From positions 248,001 through 312,000 of the forward strand of contig RQSC01000032.1 of the NCBI GenBank assembly GCA_013416795.1: DNA of 64,000 nt. The letters run 5' to 3'. This stretch comes from Prasinococcaceae sp. CCMP 1430. Lineage: Eukaryota; Plantae; Prasinodermophyta. Numbering within the stretch: the stretch's first letter is position 1; the number at the start of each line of letters is the position of its first letter. Below, in pieces: positions 33,577 to 44,300 of this stretch. The notes under the pieces are model-generated. The model saw only the letters and a list, made by a program, of their open reading frames with translations. It was not told where the DNA came from and ran no database searches. Made by a program: the position numbers and the translations under genes.

Positions 33577-33597
33577 AGGGTTTGGATATTTGACCCT
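33577..33597. promoter_or_regulatory. AGGGTTT...TGACCCT inverted telo-box-like pair in a divergent promoter
   Basis: Seen directly between the methyltransferase and Tic22 5' ends. Confidence 0.4.
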
Positions 33598-33729
33598 TAC
33601 TCTAACGTAACCCAAACGAGGCGACGGTCTCGGTGGCTGGCGCGAGGGCTTGCGCGCGCGCGCGGGCGCGGGCGGCACACACGGGGGCGGCGCCCGCGTG
33701 TGGGGGGGAGGGGGACGGTCGCGGTGGCG

Positions 33730-34759
33730 ATGGCGTCGATCGCGGCGGCAGGCGGTGCGTTGTAGGCCGATGCGCGCGCTCTGGGGTTGGGGCGCGCGCG
33801 CGCGCGGCGCGCGCGACAAGCGGCGGCCGCCGGCGGGGCGGCGGGCGTGCTGCGCGCAGTCCGCGGCTGGTGCGGAGGGCGCGCCTGGGTACAAGGGGCG
33901 CGCGTGATGCGATCGCGATGTGAGGTGTGAGTGCTGACCCTCATACGTGCTGCTGTGGCGGGGCCGCCTCTGCCACGCGTCGACGTGCGCGCGGCCGCCC
34001 GCAGCGCGCGGAGGCTCTGAAGAGAGCGCGTCGCAACAATCGGTGCGCCGCAGCTCCGCAACGACCGCTGCGAGTGGCCGCACCGTCGCGGCGGGTGCCG
34101 GTGCGGCGATCGGTGAACTTGCCGTGTCGGACGACGCGCTCTCAGCGCAGCTCGCGAGTGTGCCCGTCTTTGCGGTGACCAACACAGCTTCGGAGTTCAT
34201 CCTGGTGGGCGGCGGTGAGGGCGGCGACAGTGACAGGCAGCTGTGCCTGTTCTGCTTCGCCGAGCGTGACGCTCAGGCGCTGCTGGCGACGGTGCAAGCG
34301 CGCGACCCGCGAGTCGGGAAGAGCGCGCGCGTCTCGACCATCGGGCTTGACAAGGTGTACCGTCTCGCATGCGACAGCGCAGGCGCAAGCGACGGCATCG
34401 CCTTCCGCTTCGTGCCGGACTCGCGCGAAGTGAACGCGGCGCTCAAGCTGCAGTCGGAAGCGGGCGGCGACTCTCAGCGCTTCCTTGGCGTGCCCGTCTT
34501 CCAGGCCGAGGGGCTCACCATCCGCGCCGCCGGCCGCAAGTACCTGCCCATCTTCTTCTCTTACTCAGCTGCCGTGAGCGCTGCGCAGGCCGCGTACTCG
34601 AAAATGCCTGGCCGCGCCGCGGCGACGCCCAAGGTCGAGGTTGGGTCCTTCGAGAGTGTCGCCCGGGCCATGGAGGAGGCTGCCGAGGGCTCCGATTGGG
34701 GTTCGGTGCTCTTCGTTCCCGCAGGTAGCGACCTTATGAACAAGCTGCTTGGCGCTTAA
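33730..34759 (+). CDS. TIC22: Tic22 chloroplast intermembrane-space import chaperone, 2 exons (33730-33754, 34005-34759)
   Basis: LASVPVFAVTN, AQALL, IGLDKVY, FRFVPDSREVNAAL, GVPVFQAEGLTI and YLPIFFS; a phase-1 intron joins the ATG exon in frame. Confidence 0.93.
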
Positions 34760-34904
34760 AAGGCACATGCGTCTATGGCACCTCACACACACACGCGCGC
34801 GCACTGCGCTGCGGCCGAGCAGCAGCAAGAGCTTGCTCATGGCGGAGAGTATTATTTGGCACGTCAGCGGCTAGCACCCGCCCGCCCGCCTGCCCGCCCG
34901 CACG

Positions 34905-37900
34905 TCAGCCACCGCCACGCAGCACCGCGTCGGTGGCGCGCGGCAGTGCCGCGGCGACGGCGGGCTGCGATGCGTATCGCCGCGCGGGCGCGCGCAGGTC
35001 GGGCACCTTGCGCAGCGCCTCAGAGAGCGCCTGCGGCGGTAGCTTGAGCAGCACCGGCATGCTCTGCGGATTCGCCTGCAGCACGCATCGAAGGAAGCCC
35101 TCCCAGACCTTGGGCATGCTCCAGACTTGCCTGTTGACGAGCCTGCCCAGAAGCTCCATGGCAAAGCCCGAGAGCTTGGGGAACGCCTGCAGCGCCTGCA
35201 TGAGCGTGCGCATGCTCAGCAACGGCACTGGATCCATCGCCACCAGCCGCTGCAGCGCTGCGGCGACTTCTTGCGACGAGAAAACTTCGCGCATGGGTGC
35301 CGATGCGCACACGTTGAGCGCCTCCATGGCGCGCTTGAGGGGCAGTTTGTGCCGCGCAAGGTCGAGCGTGTGCAGCTCGACCATGGCGTCAGCCGCCGAC
35401 AAGAGCGGTGCGCCGCCGCCAGGGGGCTGAAGTAGGCGCGTGAGCGCCTGCCGCAGAGCGGGCGCGCTCAGCTCGCACAGACGCGGCAACACCTCGTCAA
35501 GCTCGGCGCGCGTGAGCGCGTGCATGACGGGCACCACGTAGTGCGCGTCGCGCGTGCGCGCAAACGCGTCACGCACGCAAGCCATGAGCGCCTCGGGCGG
35601 CGAGCCTTGAGAGGCCTCCGCGGCTATGTGGAGCGCCTGCAGCGCAAGCGGCTCGGCGCCCTTGGGCGGTCCGGCCACCAGCGCGAGCAGCGGCTCCGAT
35701 GTGGGGCCGAGCGTGCGGCACAGACCAGGCATGGAGCGCTGGAAGATCTGCCGCACGGGCTTGGGCGCCCCCGCGTACGCCTTGGCGACCTCTTCGAGCA
35801 TGGCGGGCTTGCGCACGCACAGCGCCAGCGCGAGCTGGATCTTCTGGCGCGCCTGCTCAGCGGCGGCGGTCGCCTCCTCGCTTTCCTCCGCCGCGACGTC
35901 CGGAGCCGAGCCCTCCTTTGAGGCGTCTGCCATCATCTGCAAGGCAAAGGCCTCCACGATGGGTACGAGGTGCGCCTGGGTGAAGAGCTTGTTTGAAATG
36001 AGGCGGATGGCCTTGGAGCGCACGGAGTCGTCCGGCCCCACGGCCGCCTCGAGGCATATCATCAAGCAGCGCTGGCGCACGGGCGGGCGGTGAAGCACGA
36101 GATCACGCAGGGTGCTCAGCCCCAGCGTCGACCGCTCGCCGCCTTGTTGCCGATCCTCCTCGCCGCCAGCGCACAGCGACTTCAGCAGCTTGAAGATACT
36201 GGCGGGGAGGGCAGGCGCTTCCATCAGCATCTGTGGCAACGCGCGGCTGGTCGGCGGCAGGCGCTCGAGCAAGCCGTTCGCCGCGGCCTCAAGCAACGCG
36301 TCGTATGCAGCACCGCCAACCGCCCGCCCGCGCGAGACGTCTTCGCCACCAGCCTTGGACGTTGCGAGCTGGTGCCGCGCGTAAGCGTCATACAGGGTCT
36401 GAAGGAGCAAAGTGTGCCCGTCCCTGCCGCCATAGTCCCCCAGTAGGTAGTCGAGCAGAGCCTGTTGGTTGTGGTGCTCGTCTGCCTCTCCGTCCTCCGC
36501 CCTGCCAGCACCCTTGGAGGCCTCAAACTCGTCGAAACGCCCTGCGAGGCGCGGGAGCAGCGCAAACCACACGCGGGAGGCCCCACATCGCGCCACGCGC
36601 TCCTGCGAGCTCAACATGCGCTCAAGCGCCGCACGCCGGTGCTTGGATCGCTCCTCCGGCGCCAGCGCGGGCGCGACGAGAGCCCGCGGGCCCTGCTTCA
36701 CCGACGCGGGCGCCCCGCCCGCCCCTTCCTGCGCCGCCTCGGCACCCCCCACCGCGCCTGCCGCGGCGGCCTCCTCAGCCCTAGCCAGCCGCGGGTCGCG
36801 CCGTCTGCGCGGATCGCGCGCCGCCTCCACCTTGGGCATGTCCTTCGTCACGTGCGCCATCACCTGCGCCACAGGATCGGGCGCACCTACCGGCGGCGCG
36901 TACGTCTGTTGCTGGTCTGCAAACGCGGTCAGGTTTGCCATGACAAATTCGGCGAGCACGTCCGCGGGCAACTTCTCCACCAGCGTAAGCAGCTGCGGCC
37001 TCGCAGCCTCGCCGCCCTGCACAAGCACCATTACGCTCGCCATGAGCTGCAAGCGAGCCTCCTCCGGCGTCGTGCCCGCGGTCTGCCCGATACCCCCAAA
37101 GCCCGTGCGCGCACGCTTCGAGTCGCCCGCCTCCTCCTCCTCGCGCTTGCGCTTCGCTTCGCGTTCGCTGGCCTCGCGCTGCGCCTTGCGGTCCGCGCGC
37201 CGCGCGGACATGACGGCGGCCTCCGCCTGGTCCCCATTCCCCACGGCGATCAGCGCCTGCGCAAGCACGCCCCGCGAGTATGGCGCCTGGGGGCCCGTCG
37301 AGCCCTTGATGAGCGCAATGAGCGATCTGTGAAGCGCGTGGCTGACACTTCCGGCGGCCGCCCGCGACCCGTCGGATGCGGCGTCGCGCACGCTTCCAGC
37401 GCTCGCCGCCGCCAGCGCCTCCGCGCACTGCCGTAGCAGCTGCGGCCGCCGCGTGCCGATGCGCTCCGCGCTGCCGATCGCGGTGATGAGCAGCTGTGAC
37501 CGCAGCGCGCCTCCGCCTCCACCACCAACCTTAAGCACGGAGAGGAGCCTGACCATGTAGTCTGTTGCGAGCTCCATGAGCGTCGAAGGCGCTACGAGAG
37601 GATGGCTTTCCTCGAGGAGGCTCACGTTGAACTCAGTCTTCACGGTGAGCGCCCCCGCGTCGGCCGCCGGCGTGAAGAGCAAGACCACCTGCTCGACGAG
37701 CTTCGCCGCATGCATGCGCACCGCATCTGGTCGGCCCTCGGCTACACCAGCGGTGGCGGCGTCGAGCAGCGCGCGCAGTGAGGCCCACAGCGCGGGCGCC
37801 TCCTCATCCGAGGGCGACGGCACAAGCAGCCCAACGAGCATCGCCATGCCAACGCGTACCATCTTTCCCGCCGCGACGAGCGCTCGCTTGGCCACCTTGG

Positions 37901-38512
37901 GCGTAGCATCGCACGCGAGGTGCGCCACCGTGGGCAGCGCCGCCTGCAGGTACTGCCGGTGCCTGCATTTGTGTTTTGCGGGCGTGGGCACATGCGAGCG
38001 AACGCGTGATCGCGGTGGGGCGCCGGCCATCCACTGGCGCGTCAGAGATCGGCGCAGGGCACACTCGCACACGATCGCGGGCACGGATCGCCCGCCAGTG
38101 AGCGCGCTGGCGCCGAGAAGGCTGCGGGCCCGCACCGCAGGGCGATGATCACAGGCCGGCGAGGCGCGTGACGAGGCGCGTGGCGGGGCACTGGGCGCCT
38201 GCAAGCAGTCGCTTAGGTTTCGGCCGCGGCGGCGCGCGGCGCCGCGCAGCAGCACCCGGGGCGCGCGTCGCACCTCCCAACAGTGGCATCGACGAAGTCA
38301 ACGAGCCAGACGCGCACCTCCGGCGATCCGGAGGCCGCCAGCTCCAGCGCCGCCGGCAGGAACTCACGCAGCAGGTACGGCTCCTTCTCGAGCGCGAGCT
38401 CGCGCAGCCGCCCGAGCGGCTCGAGCGCCGCTTTCGCGTCATGCGCCGCGAGCTGCGCATCGTTCAGCAGCCGGACGGCCAGCGCGCGACCGCGCAGCGC
38501 GGGCGCCGCCAT
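34905..38512 (-). CDS. SYMPK: Symplekin/Pta1 (3'-end processing scaffold), 2 exons (38512-38274, 37962-34905)
   Basis: N-terminal HEAT region (EVRVWLVDFV, KVAKRAL), DPRRRRDPR, and C-terminal PLLSMRTLMQAL...QVWSMPKVWEGFLRC. Confidence 0.93.
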
Positions 38513-38922
38513 CGCCACGACTCCCCGACCACCACCGCCCTCGCGCCGCGGGCGGGGCACACGCGAGCGCCGGGGCGCGCCGCTTCGCCGCGCTCCCACC
38601 CCCCCCAAAACCAACTCTGGCCCGACCGAGCGAGCTTTCGCCCCCCGCCGGCGCGTTCGACCGAAACCGCGCGCGCGCGCTCCCATGGAACCGGCGCTGG
38701 CTGGGCGCTCCGATGGGGCGGGGCGCCGCGCGGGTGCGGCGCCCGGCGCGTGGCGAAGCGGCGGAGCGCGTGCATCTGGCGGCGAGGAAGGGGCAGTGGT
38801 AGAGAGGGGGTCATGCAGCCACGCGCGGCTCGGATCGGCTGACGCGCTTGTCCTTGCGCGCGCATTGCGGGCTCTGCCCGGCTCCCTGCCATTGCCCATT
38901 GGCAATCGCGCACATCGCGCAG

Positions 38923-39321
38923 GAGACACTGCAGCAAAATGTCGAGCAATTCCTCACGCGCGTGGACAGGGAGCTGCAGCGACCACTCCTCAAGCGCTCG
39001 TTCGAGGCGTGCGCCAAGTGCGCATCGAACAGCCGCGCGAGCATGACAGAGTTCCAGCAGTGTCTTGCCGCTGCGCGCGAGCCGGTCGCTCGCGCCGAGG
39101 CGGCGCTCAACAACGAGATGAACGCGCTGCAGCAGCGGCTGCAGCGCTGCTCCCTGCAGTGCCAGGACAAGCTCGACGATAACCTGCCCGCCGGCCGGCA
39201 GCCGACCAAGGCAGAGCAGGAGAAGCTCACTGCCGGGCTAACCAAGTGCGTCGACGCGTGCTCGCAGGACGGCATCAAGGCCCTGGGGCCCGTGTGGGAT
39301 CGCCTCAAGGCAGCCAAGTGA
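38923..39321 (+). CDS. FAM136A: FAM136A/DUF842-like twin-CX3C mitochondrial protein; 5' exon not resolved
   Basis: RPLLKRSFEACAKC...FQQCL...NEMNALQQRLQRCSLQCQDK...KCVDAC. Confidence 0.85.
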   Translation, partial: ETLQQNVEQFLTRVDRELQRPLLKRSFEACAKCASNSRASMTEFQQCLAAAREPVARAEAALNNEMNALQQRLQRCSLQCQDKLDDNLPAGRQPTKAEQEKLTAGLTKCVDACSQDGIKALGPVWDRLKAAK

Positions 39322-39520
39322 GGCTTCGCCTCCGGCCCATTCGTTTTTTTGTCAATTATTCTTTCCTCCACTCGTAGCGGTGGCGCCAAGCGCGCCGACG
39401 CACGCTCGAGGAGCAGCCGCCTCGGCGCGAGGCGCGTGGGTCGCTAACAACAAATATTATACCCGTGCCGCGTCGACGAGCGCGGACCTCGTCGACGATT
39501 CGTTCATCAGAAGCGAGCCA

Positions 39521-40858
39521 TCAGTGCGCCTCGGGGGCATTGCAGCCTCGCACGACGACGACAGGCGTCTGCTCCTCTCCGTTGCCCGCCGGATTGGGTC
39601 GCAGCGCCTCTGTGAGCTTAGAGGTGTCAACGCCCTCACTAGCCGCCAGGATCTTCACACGCTTGAGGTCGTTCACGTCCACAATCGCCACGCCGCATCC
39701 CACCGCCTCTGCCATGCGCTCCACCTCGTCCTCCACCCGCGTCGGGCCGAGGCAGACGAACTGATCGTACGGCGGGAGCGTGCCGGACACGTCGTCGATC
39801 AGTGGCGCCTGCCGCCCTGCCAGGCGGTAGAAGACGCCGCGCATGCGCAGCAGCACGCGTGCGGCGGCCGCCGCGAGCGCCGCGAACGCCACGCGCCACG
39901 CTCCGGCGACATCGACGAGCGCCTGCATGCCACACGCCGTCGCCAGGCTCGAGGTCGGGTGGAAGACCAGGCAGGCCAGCCGCGCGACGAGGCCCGGCCG
40001 GATGCCCTCGGGGTGGCGCACACGGCCCTGCATGACGGCCAAGGGTGTCTCTCCGATGGCAACGACGTCATCCGGGCGCGCGACGGGGCAGGCGTACCGT
40101 CTCGCGACCTCGGCGGGATCGTCCAGGTGGCAGAGCATGTGCGTGCGTACGGGAACCACGCCAGAGGAGCCATCGTCGGCGGCGGGAGCGGCCGAGGGAG
40201 GCTCCGGAAACTGAAGCGGTAGCACGACGTGCTGCGCGTGGTGCGTGCGGCCGTGCGGGCCATATGCCACATATGCCACGCGTAGCCACACGGCGGTGAG
40301 CTGATCGAGCGCCGCCGCCGCCGTGGCCTTCACCGTCACCTCGAGCAGCGCGTCCGTCGCCGAGCCAGCCTCAACGATGTATGGCATCCAGTACCCGTCA
40401 GGCCGCGGCCGCGCATCGCCGTAGCCAACAAAGTGGTCGGGCGTGACGCGAACGCGCACGTCCACGCCCTCGATCGACGCGTCGCTAAGCACTTGCACGC
40501 TCGGCTTGACTTCGTTCACGAAGAGCTCGCGGCGGCGGGTGATGTTGTGGAAGCGCATCCGCCCCTTCAGAGTGAGCGCCGCAGAGCCGGGGCCGCGCTC
40601 GAGCTCCCACGCCCCGCGCGTGAGCACGAGGCCGTCGCCGAGATTCGGATTGCCGCCGATGATCCGCTCACGCTCACCAGCAAGCCAGCCCGACGAGACG
40701 GACTCGACGTCCGCCGTGTCCCTGCCGTACGTGGTTGGCCCGCCGCCCCCGCCCCGCGCGCCTGCTGCGAGCGCACACGCGCGGCGGCCTCGAGCGGCGA
40801 GCCGCACCCGCAGTCGCGGCGGGGTCGGCAGCGCGATCGGGGGCGCCGCCGCCGCCAT
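39521..40858 (-). CDS. F420-0:gamma-glutamyl ligase-like (CofE-related) protein of cyanobacterial type with a predicted transit peptide; intronless
   Basis: VRTHMLCHLDD, VAIGETPLAVMQGR, SSLATACGMQALVD, IDDVSGTLPPYDQFVCLGP, IVDVNDL and NPAGNGEEQTPVVVVR. Confidence 0.82.
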   Translation of the reverse strand: MAAAAPPIALPTPPRLRVRLAARGRRACALAAGARGGGGGPTTYGRDTADVESVSSGWLAGERERIIGGNPNLGDGLVLTRGAWELERGPGSAALTLKGRMRFHNITRRRELFVNEVKPSVQVLSDASIEGVDVRVRVTPDHFVGYGDARPRPDGYWMPYIVEAGSATDALLEVTVKATAAAALDQLTAVWLRVAYVAYGPHGRTHHAQHVVLPLQFPEPPSAAPAADDGSSGVVPVRTHMLCHLDDPAEVARRYACPVARPDDVVAIGETPLAVMQGRVRHPEGIRPGLVARLACLVFHPTSSLATACGMQALVDVAGAWRVAFAALAAAAARVLLRMRGVFYRLAGRQAPLIDDVSGTLPPYDQFVCLGPTRVEDEVERMAEAVGCGVAIVDVNDLKRVKILAASEGVDTSKLTEALRPNPAGNGEEQTPVVVVRGCNAPEAH

Positions 40859-41310
40859 CGGCTGTCAGCGAGTTGGCGGGATGGGGGCGTGAGAGGTGTT
40901 GCGGGGGGGAGGGTGGGTGGGTGGGGGGCGGGGAGCGCGCGCCGTGTCGCAGCAGGCGCGCGCGGCGCGCACATTCGATCCTCGGCGCCCACACGTATCA
41001 AAATCAATCGAACTTTGGCTGTTCATTTTGACCTGCTGCGGCGAGCGGCCGCGCGTTGCAGAAGCGCAGCTTCCGTATCTGCCCGCGAGCGGCCCAGCAA
41101 AGGCCTTCGATCGTCAATGCTGCCGTAGGCGTGCTGGCGGCACTGCACGCCTCGGCAGGCGCCGGCCCGCGCACGCGACGGCGCCAAGCGCTTGGCACAG
41201 GCACAGCACGCAAGCGCAGTCGGTGAGGGTGCCGCCGACGAGGAAGCGCGGCACGGGCTGTTCAAAAGGAACCAAAAAGTAATCGTAAAAATAAATCGAG
41301 GGGGCGCCAG

Positions 41311-44300
41311 TCAGAGTCTTGCTGGCTCACGGCGCACACGCACAGCGCCTTCGAGGATGTAGCTCGCAGCATGTGCACGCGACGCGACGAGCGAAGGGGC
41401 GCCTACCCTCTGCCGCTCAGCAATGCAAGGGCCGCCCTCGAGAAGCAACCAAGGATCAACCGCCCCGATCGAGGCACCGACGGGGCGCTTTCCTGGCGCA
41501 CTCGGTGCTGACGCTGTCCGCGGCAACGAAGCCGAGCAGCGACGGCGGACCGCCTCTGGCAGAGGAAGGTCGCCCATGAGAGATGCTAGTGCTTTCAGGT
41601 CATCGGTGTTGGCGGCAACCTCGCGGAGCACGCGGCCGGCGCTGAGCCATGCCGCCCAGTGCTGGTCGAGGAGGGCGTGCAATACTGACATCAGCCGATC
41701 CGGCAGGCTCTCAGCCGACGACGCGGCGAACGCTGACAGCGCAGAGATACGCTCGTATGCGCTGCGAGTCGCAACGTCGGTCGCGCCATCACTCGCCCCG
41801 TGCACTCCAGCAGCACTCTCGGCAGCCGCGGCAGCCGTGGTCGCGACGCCGACGTCGGGCGACGCGTGCACCGCATTCGAGCTCAGCGCCCTCAGTGTGG
41901 CAGCCGCGAGGCGGGCTCGCAGCTTTGACTTGGGCGTGTCTTTGCGCACAAGCGGCAGCAGTGGCGCCAGCATCTGAAGTCGCACCCACAGCGAGCACTG
42001 CACGCCTGAAGGAGGCCCAATGCCCCGAGCCGACTTGCGCCCCAGCTGGCTGCGCATTTTGAGGCCTCCTCGGGCTGTGCCGCTCTGCTCGGCAACCATG
42101 CGTCCGCACAGGCGTTCGAGCTGGCCAACCAAGCCCTCGGCGAAGGTGCGCTGGTCGTTGGCCGTCAGCCCGCCGCGGCTCAGGAGTGCCAGTAGCAGCG
42201 AGACAAGCGCGCGCTCATGGCCGAAGGCCCCGGCAGCGGGCAAGCAGGCCTCGGCAGCAGCCATGACGGTGGCAGGATCCTTCCCGCCTTCGCCCAAGGC
42301 CGCGCGTGCTATGGCAACGACGAGTGGGGCGCGCCCCATGAGCTGCTCATCCTGATCGAGCAGGCTGTTGCCCTCCTTGAGCACGGCAGGCACCAGCTCC
42401 TTGTTCAGCGGCGCCAGCGCGAGCACGACCTCGCATAGGATCACCGTCGATTCCGCCGAGCGCAGGAGGAGCTTCATAAGCGCACGCGTGAACGACGCAG
42501 TGCCCTTTTCAAGCAGCGATTCGATCGCCAGATGCAAGCAGGCCACGCTCGCTTCGAACGTCTCCCAAGACACTCCCTCAAGTAGTGAGAGAACGGAAGC
42601 GGCAGCGTCCTGCCCGCCCGCGGCGACGGCGGTGCCGGTCAACGCCAGCATGGTGTGCAGCGCGCTCGTGTTGTCGGTTTGGCCGGCGAGCGAGCGAGCC
42701 AGCGAGAGCGGGTCGAGCATGGCAGCACACCTCGGCCCGGGTGAGATCATCAACGCATTCAGCGTGCTTGCAGCACCCTCAACCCCTTCGCCCATCGTGC
42801 TCAGCGCGTTGAGCGGCATCGCAAGGGCCGCGGCGGGAAGCACGCAGCGGTGCCGAAGTAGAGCAGCACGGTCGCTCGCGCTCATCAGCAGCGCCATTGA
42901 GTGCTCCGCCTGTACGGTGCGATCCTTGGCGTTGTTCACCTCGTTGTTCGACGGGGGAGGAGGCACCGTTGCCGTCACCAGCAGGAGGCGCCACCAGAAC
43001 ACTGCAGTCGCAGACGCCGTCGCGCTCGCGTTGGGGGCGTATGCGGCAGCAATCGCCGTGCTGAGCGACGCGAAGCCGCGCGCGACGCTCGCGCCGGCGA
43101 TTGCCGTCGCAGCACCGATGAGGTACGCCGACCGGGCGCCAGCGTCTCCGGTGGTATCTGCAGGAGAGCACGCGGTCGCTGCGTCGAAGAGCGCCTGCAT
43201 ACCCCTCCACTCGCATTCGGAGGCCGCCTCGAGGCCGCCCAGAGCGCCGGCACGAATGCTGCACGCGACGAGGGTCGCCGCCGTCGTTTCGACGACCCGC
43301 CGACCATCCACGGATCCCCAGGCCTCGGAGACCTTCAGAGCTTCGCTGAGAGCGGCCATGGCACCGTGCGCAGCGGCGGTGGCAGCCAGGGCAGGGTCTG
43401 TTGCCGCGCCGAGGGCCGCCAGCACGCGATCCGCACCTGCTGCAGCGGCATCTTGCTTGCCCGCTTGTGCCCAGGCCGACAGTGCGCCAGCCGCGCTCAG
43501 CACGAGCTCAGAGGGAATCGCGGTTGGCCTCGGCTGGTCTTTGCACGCCGCCGCGATTGCGGCCACATTGGCTTCATCGCCCCTGCTGACTGCCTGTGCC
43601 TTCGCCAATTCGTCCGCGCCGTGCTTGCCCAGCTGGCGCAGCCAGGCGGCCTCCTGCGGCGACGGGGCATCCTTGCTGGACGGCTGCGTTGAGTATCTCG
43701 CACTGCTCACTGACGCGACAAGGACGCTCAGCAGCCGCGAGGCGACGCCGCTCGAGCTTCCCTGCGTTGCCGCCTCACGATTAAGGGCCGCGGCCAAGCC
43801 GAGTGCACTATCCAGAGCTGGCATCAGCTCCCCTGTAGCGGCGAGGACGTCTGCCTGGCTCGCGAGCGTCGCCGCAACGGACGACAGCATGTAGCCGAGC
43901 TTGGCTTCGGCGCTAGCGGCGGCCTCCCTGCTCGCGCACGCCTCAGCCTTGACATGATCCAGAATCCGCAGAGCAATCGAGGCGGACGTGCGGTGTTGCC
44001 CGAGCGAGTCAAGCACCGCCGCCATTTGGCTGGCCACATCGTCTGGAAGAGTGGCCAGATTGCCAAGAGAGTCATTGAGAGCGTGAGCAAGGCGCTTCGC
44101 CGCACGGTGCGCTCGCGAAGGTCGCACGCGCCAGAGGTCGAGCAACAGGCGCGCTTCTGACGTCGCACCGCCAACGTCTGCAAAGCCGCTGACCAGGCTA
44201 ACTTTCGGCACACGGCTGCGTCCGTTGCCGCTGCCGTCTCCAGGCGTGCGCCCTGCCTGACCCACTGGCGACACTGGGGATATGGGGGAAGGCTCGCTGA

